Part shown: positions 16,756 through 25,984 of the stretch, in pieces
How positions within the stretch are numbered: position 1 is the stretch's first letter
Layout of the letters: the number at the start of each line of letters is the position of its first letter
From: a virus
Taxonomy: Duplodnaviria > Caudoviricetes
Virus record (IMG/VR): IMGVR_UViG_3300032260_000012
Coordinates: 1-34,303 of that record
Length of the DNA stretch: 34,303 nucleotides
Direction: 5' to 3' (one strand)
The notes under the pieces: model-generated
What the model was told of the DNA's origin: nothing
The model's database searches: none
What the model saw: the letters and a program-made list of their open reading frames with translations, nothing else
Translations under genes and position numbers: made by a program

Positions 16756-18180
16756 CTACCGTAGAGCTGAGTAATTCACAGCGTAGAAACCATTAGGCAT
16801 CGTCAAAACAGCTTCAGGAATAACAGGTAATACCTCTTGCGCCATTACACCGACATAGCGGTCACCACTACCCAGATAGCTAAACTCATAGAGTGAAATT
16901 CCAGAAGGTAGAGAGCCTACTTTGTGGTAGTTGTGTTTTAAGCGGATGTCGGAGAGTATTGCCGCTGCGCCTAAACCAAACAGCCCCGATTGCATGTTTG
17001 CGGCCTGGGCTGCGTCTGCATTAAATCCCGCCAAATCATAAGCTGATTGGTTCCCTAGTGCGCTTGTATAGTCCGCCCCACTCGTCGGCCCCTGGGGGGA
17101 ATACCCCTGGAATTGAGGCAATTGAAGCTGTGAGCCGGATCTAAACGCGCTTAATTCATTAATAGGGATTTGGCGTTGTAAGAGGATGTCCTTAATGTTC
17201 TGTTGATGAGAGCCCATTCCAGCACCGTATTCGGTCTGTGCTTCCTGCGCTTCAATACCTCTATTTCTTAGCATGGAGTTGTACATATCCATAGCGTCTT
17301 CTCGAGACATACCTCGACTCTGCATGTCGGTTAGAAATTGATTCATAGATTCAGCGTTTTGCTGTTGTCTACCGGCCAATTCACTTTGAAACTCTTGTCC
17401 AGCCAACCCGGTCGATGCTATTTCTGCCTGCTGTCTTGCGTCAGTCATTTGGCGGTCGAAACCTTCCATTTCTCGACTGTACGCTTCCGAGCCCTGGGGG
17501 ATGCCTTGGGCAATTAATTGTGAATGGCGTCTGTCACGGTCTCGGCTAACATCTGAGCTAACACGCGAAAGCATCGCATCTGTTACGCGTTGCTTTGTGC
17601 CCCCATATGTTGGCGCTGAACCTTCAGGCCCTTGGTATTCTGGTGTACCCCCTTGCGCCTGGTAGGTTGGCAATTCACCTTGAGGCCCTTGGTATTGTGG
17701 TGTATCACCGGCAATGGAAAACGGCGTCCCCATCAGCTCCTGCATTTGCTCCGAAGAGGCTAGACCTAAATCCGCCATGTTCCCCTGGAGCTGTATGTTT
17801 TTATCAAGAATCCCTTGGGCTTCCGGGCTTAGATTAATATCAGAGCGCCATTTGTCCTGATCACTCATAACGTTGTAATCTTCGCGGGTTGGCATTACTG
17901 GGGTTTTACCCCCCATGCTAGCCGGTGTCTTAAATCCTCCCTCTTGTACAGGTTGATTAAAAGCGGCTAGATCCGCTTCATAGCCTGCCATTGCCTCATC
18001 GTAGCCCGATTGGTCAAACTCTTCTGTACCAAGGTTAGTCCACGTTCTAGAACCAAAAGGGGTATACTCATCTGGTCGGTTGGCCTGCGTACTAAGGCGC
18101 ATTGCCTCGATGTTACCTTCGGACGTTGCTTCTGCAGCGCCTTGGTAATCAGGCGCGGGTGGTGGTGATGGTGAGCACAT
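16756..18180 (-). CDS. DNA transfer (pilot) protein with C-terminal S74-like intramolecular chaperone domain
   Basis: Likely start MCSPSPPPAPDY at 18180; Q-rich body; C-terminal SDIRLK...YEFSY...GVMAQEV...PEAV...VNY. Confidence 0.75.
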   Translation of the reverse strand: MCSPSPPPAPDYQGAAEATSEGNIEAMRLSTQANRPDEYTPFGSRTWTNLGTEEFDQSGYDEAMAGYEADLAAFNQPVQEGGFKTPASMGGKTPVMPTREDYNVMSDQDKWRSDINLSPEAQGILDKNIQLQGNMADLGLASSEQMQELMGTPFSIAGDTPQYQGPQGELPTYQAQGGTPEYQGPEGSAPTYGGTKQRVTDAMLSRVSSDVSRDRDRRHSQLIAQGIPQGSEAYSREMEGFDRQMTDARQQAEIASTGLAGQEFQSELAGRQQQNAESMNQFLTDMQSRGMSREDAMDMYNSMLRNRGIEAQEAQTEYGAGMGSHQQNIKDILLQRQIPINELSAFRSGSQLQLPQFQGYSPQGPTSGADYTSALGNQSAYDLAGFNADAAQAANMQSGLFGLGAAAILSDIRLKHNYHKVGSLPSGISLYEFSYLGSGDRYVGVMAQEVLPVIPEAVLTMPNGFYAVNYSALR

Positions 18181-18188
18181 AACGGTTC

Positions 18189-18632
18189 CTAAAATTGTTT
18201 GGAATAAACATAAGCCACTCTTTCGTAGCCCATCCTTTCCATAAATTTCCACGATCTATTTGTTAATTTGGCTGTCAGCACGATTTCACAAACACCTTTT
18301 TCAATCATTTCATCCTCAACAAACTTACTAAAACGCATCGCATTGCCACCTTTCCTATATTCAGGAATCATGAATAAAGTGTCTTCTGTGGCAACAAGTT
18401 TTTGAGTGTGCATCGACGGCATGACGTACATGCCAAAATTACCAACTAATTTTCCTTCGTCTCGGGCTGTATACATGAAGTAAAGCCCCATATTCTCGTA
18501 CTGCAAATATCGGGTTTTATCCATGTTTAGTTCTTGCCCGTGGCGATATTCCTCTGTTTCGTGCCAATGAGCCTCATAGTTAACTAACAGCTCGTCCCAT
18601 ATGTCCTCTATCTTCTCAAGAGAGAAAATCAC
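18189..18632 (-). CDS. GNAT-fold acetyltransferase-like tail-module protein
   Basis: EDTLFMIPEYRKGG and FMERMGY GNAT motifs. Confidence 0.75.
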   Translation of the reverse strand: MIFSLEKIEDIWDELLVNYEAHWHETEEYRHGQELNMDKTRYLQYENMGLYFMYTARDEGKLVGNFGMYVMPSMHTQKLVATEDTLFMIPEYRKGGNAMRFSKFVEDEMIEKGVCEIVLTAKLTNRSWKFMERMGYERVAYVYSKQF

Positions 18633-20191
18633 AGAACGCCACCCGTCTCATATACGTAATCATTCGCCACCCAATGGATTTCCAAATCGCTGGTATTTAC
18701 CTTTAGAGACCCAGATACCGCGTATCCAACGTTAGGGGTGGGTGAGGTCCATTGTTTGACGACCTCCAAGCCAGAGGCCCAATACGATAGATCCCAGCTG
18801 CTCACATCCCATTGGGCTTTAGCCGTGACAGAGTAGGTTGATTCGCCTGTAATCTCATTATCACTAAAGTCAATATCTAGCCCGGTCAGAAACGAGAGAT
18901 CGCCGTTCACCTGGAGTAATGGGCGAAACAGTGCTACTTTTTTTTGCTGAGATATCCCGCCGAAATAATTGAATGATGTTTTACCAACCCCAACGATATC
19001 AGAGCCAATATCATCAGTGCCCGACCACGATTTTTGAACAATGGTAGAACCCCCAAAATAAAGTTCATCATTGTATACAGCGAAACATTCAGCATCCCAT
19101 GAATCAAATTCACACCAGGACCCGGTAATGGTATTCATTACATACTGCTTATGTTCTCCCCCTTCAATAATAGGGATGTTAAAAATCATGGCAGATTGAA
19201 GAGGATAATAGACCGCCTCCCAACCGAAGTTTGAACCATAATCCCTAGCCGCTGCCGTGAAGGCTTTTTCTATTTTATGCGTAGAGGCAACCGTATCATT
19301 TGCTTCTTGAAGGGCTTTCGATAATGGGAAAACGCCATTTTGCGCAATAACAAGTAAGTCACCGGCTAACTTAATGAAACTTCGTCTACCGATTGGGTCT
19401 CCCAGCTGATAAACGCCAATTAAACCCCAGTCAGCAGCGGTCGAAGGATCTGTTCCCCGATAAACAATAACCTCACCTTCAGAGGTCATAAAAACCGCTG
19501 TATCGTCTGGACCATCACCCGAATCAAACGACCAAGTGCCCATCCACATCAAATACCCGCCCTTAGTAGCGAAAGAGGAAAGGTTAAATTCTGTTGCCGC
19601 ACCCCCCGCAGCCCCTGCCGTCAAATACCAGAACGAAAGAGAGTCTTTTTCAATTAGAAATAAGCGTCCCTGATACTCGTTGGCGTGAATTATGCTTGAT
19701 GTCGTTAAGCCCGTTATAGCGGGTGATGTGGCCCCCGTGACCGAAAGCCAAGTGGAACCGTTATAATACAAAGGAGAGTCCACACCATTGAACATCATCA
19801 AATAGTTGTTTGTTCCATCACCAAAATTCAAATGCTGGAATTTGCCATTCGTTAAGGTGGTCGATTGAGCCGCCGCCGCGCCCAAAGACGAAACGTCCCA
19901 AACGTCGTTGTCATCGACGGCGAACATCTCGCTCGTACCGTCCATTTTGTTGTAAACGGCTAACGTCTTAACTGTCCCGGTAATCCCCGTGCAATAAGCA
20001 GCGTTGCCCCCCCTTAAAATGCAATCAGTCGCCGTCGGAAACCAATTAAGTAACTTAATGGCGTCATTCGGTGACATGTCCGGGAGGGGGTCGCGGGCAT
20101 TCCATCCACCCGTAGGCGCTGAAATACTCTGAACAACACTCACCGGCCCTCTAGGAGAACCTTGCCCCTTTTGTCTGGCTGCTTTCCTCAT
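18629..20191 (-). CDS. Tail hub/nozzle (P22 gp10-like packaged-DNA stabilisation protein)
   Basis: APTGGWNARD N-terminus, beta-propeller-like composition, position after adaptor; ATGA overlap at 20191 (track start 20200). Confidence 0.7.
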   Translation of the reverse strand: MRKAARQKGQGSPRGPVSVVQSISAPTGGWNARDPLPDMSPNDAIKLLNWFPTATDCILRGGNAAYCTGITGTVKTLAVYNKMDGTSEMFAVDDNDVWDVSSLGAAAAQSTTLTNGKFQHLNFGDGTNNYLMMFNGVDSPLYYNGSTWLSVTGATSPAITGLTTSSIIHANEYQGRLFLIEKDSLSFWYLTAGAAGGAATEFNLSSFATKGGYLMWMGTWSFDSGDGPDDTAVFMTSEGEVIVYRGTDPSTAADWGLIGVYQLGDPIGRRSFIKLAGDLLVIAQNGVFPLSKALQEANDTVASTHKIEKAFTAAARDYGSNFGWEAVYYPLQSAMIFNIPIIEGGEHKQYVMNTITGSWCEFDSWDAECFAVYNDELYFGGSTIVQKSWSGTDDIGSDIVGVGKTSFNYFGGISQQKKVALFRPLLQVNGDLSFLTGLDIDFSDNEITGESTYSVTAKAQWDVSSWDLSYWASGLEVVKQWTSPTPNVGYAVSGSLKVNTSDLEIHWVANDYVYETGGVL

Positions 20192-20895
20192 AGGGGCCAA
20201 TTACCTTGGTTAACAACAATGTGTGGGTGCCGATTGTAAGGCTGTCCATCTTGATGTAGGGTCTTTTTAACACCCTGACGCCCTAATTCATTGGCAACCA
20301 TCGTTTCATAGGTGTTAAAATCTTCCTCGTAATCGAAGCCCTTTTCTTTCTTCCATCGCCATCTAAGCCCCATCAAAATAATAGGTTCAGGCAGCAGGAT
20401 TTCGTCAGCGTCTTCTGAAAAATACTGTTTATACGTGGTCCCGTCATCGTCGAGAATCCAATTCCACGAAACGTATTCGAAAGCCCAAGTATTGCCAGCC
20501 GGTGGGGTAGGAGTAGCCAATAATTCACCCCCTCTAACCCTAATCCGAAATCTAGGAGAGGTGGTAGAAAAGCCTTTTTCGGCCTGCCAATCCTGCCCAT
20601 CTATAATGTATAGAGGTAGATTCTCAGTTCGATCCCACGCCGTTTCATTTTTGATATAACGGTAACCATTAGAGGCTATCGTATTCATGGCCCCCTGACT
20701 CTCCGTAGCAACCGTTGTATGCGTAGCCTCAAACGTTATGCGTTCCCAGTGGCCACGGCCCGACAAGTCGGTTCCTTCCTCCTCTAACAACGCGAGGATC
20801 TGCAAAACCTGCTCGTCACTTGATCCATAAACAGTTGTCGGAACAGAAAGCCCCGTCCGGCGGCAAAACCTTTGGACGGTGGTTAACATGGTCAT
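20188..20895 (-). CDS. Head-tail adaptor / tail tubular protein A-like
   Basis: Size, synteny and GLRWRWKKEKGFDY motif. Confidence 0.65.
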   Translation of the reverse strand: MTMLTTVQRFCRRTGLSVPTTVYGSSDEQVLQILALLEEEGTDLSGRGHWERITFEATHTTVATESQGAMNTIASNGYRYIKNETAWDRTENLPLYIIDGQDWQAEKGFSTTSPRFRIRVRGGELLATPTPPAGNTWAFEYVSWNWILDDDGTTYKQYFSEDADEILLPEPIILMGLRWRWKKEKGFDYEEDFNTYETMVANELGRQGVKKTLHQDGQPYNRHPHIVVNQGNWPL

Positions 20896-21650
20896 TTTCT
20901 CGCCTCTTCAACTTTCTTTCGTATGGTTTCAGGCTTCATCAAATGGTGTGGTTTTGTCCCGTAAAGGTCGAAAAACTGTTCCTCGATTGGTTTTTCATCA
21001 AGGACAGGTTCATCAAAGATGTCGGCTGCGGATATCTCTTCAACTGTTTCTGTCACATCCTCGGTTTGATCCACCAACCCTTTAATCTGAATCTGCAGTG
21101 ATTCAATGGCCCCCTCTAATTGCGTTACTTTGTTTTTAAGTTCTGCATTCTCCATTACCACCGGCCCATGGTCTTTAGCTGCGCTAATGTAAGCCTGTGC
21201 TTTCTGCTTAAGGGCCACACCACCCATACCAATACGCTTTAAACCCTCTTCGTTTACACCCGCTAGATCTTCAATCGTGCGGCAATTAGCCGAAAGAAGG
21301 TTTTTCACTTGTGCGGGTGAGATTACTGGCCAATTGCGAATATCAGTACCGTTTAGAGGCGTGTCTAAACCAAGTTTCCAATGGTCATAACAGTTTCTCC
21401 AATAATCTAGCCATTTCTGGGGGATACGACTATTACGGACATTCATTTCCTGATTTTTAAACCATTGCGCCGCTTTAAACTCGAAACAATCTTTAGAATA
21501 GGGGGGAGTGACTAGAGCAAATTCAACATCTTTACTAATAGAACGGCCTGACTTTAATGAAGCCGGTTTATCTTCGATTGGGCGTAGTTCAAATTGCACC
21601 CATGCAGGGCGTTCCTCTCGATCCGAAAATTCAGCAAGCATTTTGTTCAC
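20892..21650 (-). CDS. Conserved phage protein with helix-hairpin-helix-like region and coiled coil
   Basis: GTDIRNWP...TIEDLAGV..EGLKRIGMG; C-terminal KPHHLMKPETIRKKV. Confidence 0.65.
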   Translation of the reverse strand: MNKMLAEFSDREERPAWVQFELRPIEDKPASLKSGRSISKDVEFALVTPPYSKDCFEFKAAQWFKNQEMNVRNSRIPQKWLDYWRNCYDHWKLGLDTPLNGTDIRNWPVISPAQVKNLLSANCRTIEDLAGVNEEGLKRIGMGGVALKQKAQAYISAAKDHGPVVMENAELKNKVTQLEGAIESLQIQIKGLVDQTEDVTETVEEISAADIFDEPVLDEKPIEEQFFDLYGTKPHHLMKPETIRKKVEEARK

Positions 21651-23019
21651 CTATATTCACAATGTAAAAAAGAGAGGTATCACCCTCGTCAGAATCCCAA
21701 TCAACGGAAAAACCCAAAGCCTCAAAAAGCTGTTTCCACCAAATATGTGGCTTAACCGTTAAATGAAGCGTTGCATCAATCGCCTCCCCCATTTCATCCG
21801 GGACAGTGCTGATTTGGAAAAATACCTGTTCAGAAGCGTTTAGAATGTTACAAAGGACATCCGCCACGTCTCCTGTTGGTATATGCTCCATCACATCACT
21901 ACAAAACCCGTAAGGTGAGGATGTGGGGATTTTTTTCGTTAGATCCCATTGAACGAATGGGAGGGAAAGCGCCTCTTCATCTCTGCAGTTATCAGCAAAG
22001 TCCATCAATAGAACGTCAACGCCTCTATCGACCATTCGCAGGCTGGCCCTTCCTGTCCCACAGCCGTAATCAATGACCAGGCCATCAGGGAAAAAGGATG
22101 TCACAAAGAAGTCAGCTATACATTCACCGGGGGATGCTTCACGGTAAACATCAAACTGCCACATCAGCTGGTATTTTTGCTGCTCCGTTAAGTCCTTAGG
22201 CTTTGTGTGATACATGGACTGCAAAAGTCCATCCCCGTACACGTAGATTTCACACCCCTTTTCTTTTAATGCCTTGGATGTGAATTGGAACCGTTCCGCT
22301 TGTGCCTTCATCGCAACAGACGAGGTATATGTTTTGCCTCCCCATTCAACTTCAACCGTGGGAATGAAAATATTCATGTCCTGGGGGTAGGCGTGTGAAT
22401 TACCATTTTTGTGGCACGAGTCATACCCGAAAATATGAAACTCTCTAAAGCCTCCAGCGTAAGCCGCACACAAGGCAGAATTACCCACCGCCGCACCACC
22501 GCCCAACAGCACATAACCGCCTTTTTCCTTTCTTTCTTTAGGGAAAAACTGCTCTACATCACCGATTTCCAAATGACATACGATTGGGTTATGGACGGAA
22601 TCCATAGTTACTGGGGCAACTTGTGAACCAAAAATATGGTTTTTGGCCCAATGGTCTATTAATGAGGCCGTTTCTTCTTTAGCATCAACTATGCATTGAT
22701 AATCAACACTCACACCATGATCATACAACCACTGGCTTGCAGCATTCATAGCGAACACCACAGCCCCTTGGTTTTGTAATTCTTTGATTTTGTCTAATTC
22801 ATCCACAATAGATGAGCCACCGCCCACCATCACAGCAACTAGATCCGTTGGCTTTTCAGCCTTTAGCCATTTCAAATTTTTGGCTGAATTAGTTGTTATA
22901 TTTCGAGCTAAAACTTCATCAGGGGTGTTACATATCACTAACACCGGCACAAATAATGGGGAGGAAGCATCAGGATTTCGATACTCCATTTGAATTACTT
23001 CGTTTGTTGGCGCACCCAT
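21631..23019 (-). CDS. Fusion of Maf/MptE-like (GT29-like) transferase domain and class I SAM methyltransferase
   Basis: N-domain VMVGGGSSI, FAMNAA, VDY...VDA, FHIFGYDSC; C-domain VIDYGCGTG, FCSDVMEHIP, HLTVKP..WW; AAGGAG RBS. Confidence 0.75.
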   Translation of the reverse strand: MGAPTNEVIQMEYRNPDASSPLFVPVLVICNTPDEVLARNITTNSAKNLKWLKAEKPTDLVAVMVGGGSSIVDELDKIKELQNQGAVVFAMNAASQWLYDHGVSVDYQCIVDAKEETASLIDHWAKNHIFGSQVAPVTMDSVHNPIVCHLEIGDVEQFFPKERKEKGGYVLLGGGAAVGNSALCAAYAGGFREFHIFGYDSCHKNGNSHAYPQDMNIFIPTVEVEWGGKTYTSSVAMKAQAERFQFTSKALKEKGCEIYVYGDGLLQSMYHTKPKDLTEQQKYQLMWQFDVYREASPGECIADFFVTSFFPDGLVIDYGCGTGRASLRMVDRGVDVLLMDFADNCRDEEALSLPFVQWDLTKKIPTSSPYGFCSDVMEHIPTGDVADVLCNILNASEQVFFQISTVPDEMGEAIDATLHLTVKPHIWWKQLFEALGFSVDWDSDEGDTSLFYIVNIGEQNAC

Positions 23020-23030
23020 GGTTTCTCCTT

Positions 23031-23059
23031 AAAAATGGGAGAGGTGTCACCCCTCCCAT
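23031..23059 (-). terminator. Intrinsic terminator after the capsid genes
   Basis: Minus strand ATGGGAGGGG-tgaca-CCTCTCCCAT-TTTT. Confidence 0.75.
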
Positions 23060-23068
23060 AGGCTTTTA

Positions 23069-23557
23069 TTAATCTGATGATGGTCCAGCAGGTCGGTCAA
23101 TCATGACCTGAACGGTAGTTACATCTGATTTGGCAGATGCCACAACGGCGACTAACGCGCTAGATAAGCGGTTTGTTGTTGCCGCAGCAATTGACTCGCC
23201 AGAAGCAGAGGCCAAAGCGGCACTTGCAGCAAACGAAGTTGTATTGGCTTTACTGACAACGGCTAGGCCGCTAATCTGATACCAACCATATTCACTCGCC
23301 ACACATGCCGACATAGCCACCGCGTGAGGATTTGATATACCCACCGCACTTGTAGCCAATGCCGACTGCCAACCTACGTTATAGGTCGCTAGCGCCCCCA
23401 CAGTAGTAGACGCCACACCCACAAGGTAAATAAATTCACCTTCGCCATAGGTCGGGTCTTTTGCGCGAACAATTGTCCCTAACTTATGTTTTTGAGTAGT
23501 GGAATTTTCTGCAATAGCCTGTGTGCCAGCGACCGTATCAGTGATGATATAAGTCAT
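23069..23557 (-). CDS. Capsid cement/decoration protein
   Basis: LGT.....D...GEFIY...YGWYQISG; Ala/Ser/Thr rich; directly after the major capsid gene. Confidence 0.7.
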   Translation of the reverse strand: MTYIITDTVAGTQAIAENSTTQKHKLGTIVRAKDPTYGEGEFIYLVGVASTTVGALATYNVGWQSALATSAVGISNPHAVAMSACVASEYGWYQISGLAVVSKANTTSFAASAALASASGESIAAATTNRLSSALVAVVASAKSDVTTVQVMIDRPAGPSSD

Positions 23558-23569
23558 TTTGTTTCTCCC

Positions 23570-24532
23570 TTATTCGACGATGACGCCCTGTTGATTTCGA
23601 TTGCTCAAGGTCATGTTGCCCATCCAAAGAATCGGAACAACTTCACCGTCCTGGTTGATTGGGCGCTGGCCATCCATAATTTCCAAGTCGGCATCTTTAT
23701 GGACACAAAGACCTAGATACTGGGTGTTGAGCATGTAAGCGTGACTTGCTGGGATGCCCGAATTACCATCGAAAAGAACATCAGCACCTTTGTATTTCAG
23801 CGTCACTAGCCCCGCATCTGCGCTATCTGATGTCATATAGCGCTTTAGTGAGGTTTGAGAAGCTTCGAAATATTTGTAATAGATGTTATCCATTACGATT
23901 AAATCCGGCTGATCATCCACGCCCCTGTCTAGCTCTAACCACAGAGGTAACAACATGGAGTTTTCGATAGTCGTGGCACTCGAGGTAACAGAGTTGGCCG
24001 AACAGTCAAAAATCTGATTTAGCCAGAACGCAAAAGTAGACGAATTGATACCGCCCACCGTCCCTGTGCCCGTATCAGCTACTAACGCCTGGAGGCCGTT
24101 AATCTGATTCGTTGCTGTACCATCAGAGTAAATGTCGCCAGAGAAGTTATTGTTAAACGTTCTCAACGCATTCTTAATTTTGGCCTTCGCCAATTTGATG
24201 ATTTTAGCTTCACCCGAGTTGATGCGAAGCTCACGACCACTTGAAACAACGTTCAAAGCAATTTGACGCCATTGGTACTCTGCCGCCGAAATAACATCGG
24301 ATGCCTGAATATTCAATGTGTCCCAATCACTGTAACGCTGGTAGGTCGAGTTTTCCGCGTAATCAAGAGGCGTGACGATTGTTAACCCGCCATCTTCTTT
24401 GTCGTAATTACCCTTCTTCATCATGCGTTTCAAAAGCGCGTTACGATTTGAAACGTTATCCATGATTTCTTTGCGGTGTTTACGGAAAGTGGTCGATACC
24501 AATTCCGTAAACGTATTATTTGGAGATGCCAT
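23570..24532 (-). CDS. Major capsid protein
   Basis: 320 aa; DNVSNRNALL, GG..I..PLDY, INGLQALV and GNMTLSNR motifs; follows scaffold; strong RBS. Confidence 0.9.
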   Translation of the reverse strand: MASPNNTFTELVSTTFRKHRKEIMDNVSNRNALLKRMMKKGNYDKEDGGLTIVTPLDYAENSTYQRYSDWDTLNIQASDVISAAEYQWRQIALNVVSSGRELRINSGEAKIIKLAKAKIKNALRTFNNNFSGDIYSDGTATNQINGLQALVADTGTGTVGGINSSTFAFWLNQIFDCSANSVTSSATTIENSMLLPLWLELDRGVDDQPDLIVMDNIYYKYFEASQTSLKRYMTSDSADAGLVTLKYKGADVLFDGNSGIPASHAYMLNTQYLGLCVHKDADLEIMDGQRPINQDGEVVPILWMGNMTLSNRNQQGVIVE

Positions 24533-24543
24533 TATTTAGCTCC

Positions 24544-25512
24544 TTATGAACGTTTTTGGATGTCGCGAAATGTCTCGCGCAGGGTGTCATCCATCGATCC
24601 GAGAGGCCCTGTGGGAGCTTTGGCGGTGTCTCGACTGCTGACGTTTGTAGATTTAGCTTTCAAAGCTTTTTCGGCTTCCTGCTTCGCTTTTTCTCGTAAA
24701 GCAGTCTCATTCTCTTTCGAGAGACGCTCCATTTCTTTTTCGCGTGTTACAGGGTTAGCCCAAATAGCTTTATCGTAGGCATCCTCTAAAGACAGACCCG
24801 CGTTTAAAAACGGGATTAGGTCATCAGAGACCGATTCAAATAAAGGATGCTCAGAGGCGAATGCCTCAACCTCACTTTCAACGCGTGTTCTGGCTTCCTG
24901 TAGGGTTGCCTGATCTTTTGCGTTCAAAGAAGATTTAATAGTGCTCAGTTCGTCCTGTAGCTGTTTAACAGCGGGGTCGACCTGTGCTTGTTCCTCACCC
25001 AAATTAATGCCGTAGTTTTGGGCGAGCTGGTTAAACAATTGTTGTTTATCGGTAGGGGAAGCGGTAGAAAGTCGATAATGAGCGTTCATCAAGTTACGAA
25101 CCATGGTGGGTTCATCTACTTTCATTTGCCCCAACATTTGGGAATATGGCGACATCACATCGCGCATCATTCGACCTAAATTAGAATCCCCTCGATCTTT
25201 TTCGAGGCCTTCTTTCATCTGGCCTTCGCGTTGTTCTATGTATTCTTGAACCTCGGGCGCAAGATTCCCCCAAGACTCGTGCATCTCTTTTTTCCATGAT
25301 TGGGGGACCGCACGCGCTTCTTGACTAGCTTCCTGGCTAGAACTTTCATCCTCAACGTCTTGTGAGGCTTGGGCTTCGTCCGTTCCTTGACTAGCTTCCT
25401 GACTAGCTGCCTCTTCATTGGATTCTGAGTCGAACAGGCTTGAACTCAGTTCGTTTACCCCTGATTCCATATCGAAATCTGATTCACCGCTGTCAGCGAT
25501 TGATTCGTCCAT
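24544..25512 (-). CDS. Capsid scaffolding protein
   Basis: Acidic N-terminus, PQSWKKE...W..L..EVQ, LEDAYDKAIWANP; upstream of the capsid gene. Confidence 0.8.
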   Translation of the reverse strand: MDESIADSGESDFDMESGVNELSSSLFDSESNEEAASQEASQGTDEAQASQDVEDESSSQEASQEARAVPQSWKKEMHESWGNLAPEVQEYIEQREGQMKEGLEKDRGDSNLGRMMRDVMSPYSQMLGQMKVDEPTMVRNLMNAHYRLSTASPTDKQQLFNQLAQNYGINLGEEQAQVDPAVKQLQDELSTIKSSLNAKDQATLQEARTRVESEVEAFASEHPLFESVSDDLIPFLNAGLSLEDAYDKAIWANPVTREKEMERLSKENETALREKAKQEAEKALKAKSTNVSSRDTAKAPTGPLGSMDDTLRETFRDIQKRS

Positions 25513-25526
25513 TTATTTTCTCCAAT

Positions 25527-25548
25527 AAAAAAGGCCCCGAAGGCCTTT
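25527..25548 (-). terminator. Intrinsic terminator/attenuator before the scaffold gene
   Basis: Minus strand AAAGGCC-TTCG-GGGCC-TTTTTT. Confidence 0.7.
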
Positions 25549-25576
25549 AGGTTTACAATGTGTGTTTATAAGGTTG

Positions 25577-25984
25577 TCAATTGCGGTTATATTCAAGATC
25601 AACACCCGCCTTCAGGCTTGATTCAAGTTGGTCGTGTTGTCGTGAATCCATCTTGGAAATCTCACTATCCACGGTGTCATCCAAAGACTTTTCTAGTTTT
25701 AATTCTTCGTTTCTTAAATTTTGATTGTTGTTCTCGACCATGCCCGTTTCATAAGGAACACACCCGTTACGCTTCATGTCTTCGCTGCGGGCTTTTTTAG
25801 TTGTAATAGGTCTACCGTCTATAGGGGATTCATACGCCTCAAATGAGGGCGTTATCATGGGAATAGAGATTAATTTCGTTGATTCCGCCCCACAGACACA
25901 CCATTGGGGTTCCTGGTAGTCTCTGAGTTTTAAATAACGGTCAAATTTGTGGCCGTTAGTACACTTGAATTCATACGTTGGCAC
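25577..25984 (-). CDS. FmdB-family zinc-ribbon protein
   Basis: MPTYEFKC..GH.F...C.CG; YESPIDG motif. Confidence 0.8.
   Translation of the reverse strand: MPTYEFKCTNGHKFDRYLKLRDYQEPQWCVCGAESTKLISIPMITPSFEAYESPIDGRPITTKKARSEDMKRNGCVPYETGMVENNNQNLRNEELKLEKSLDDTVDSEISKMDSRQHDQLESSLKAGVDLEYNRN

Noticed and set aside
25310-25415. Short repeats GACTAGCT in the scaffold gene
   Set aside because: They encode ASQE repeats in a disordered acidic N-terminus; ordinary.
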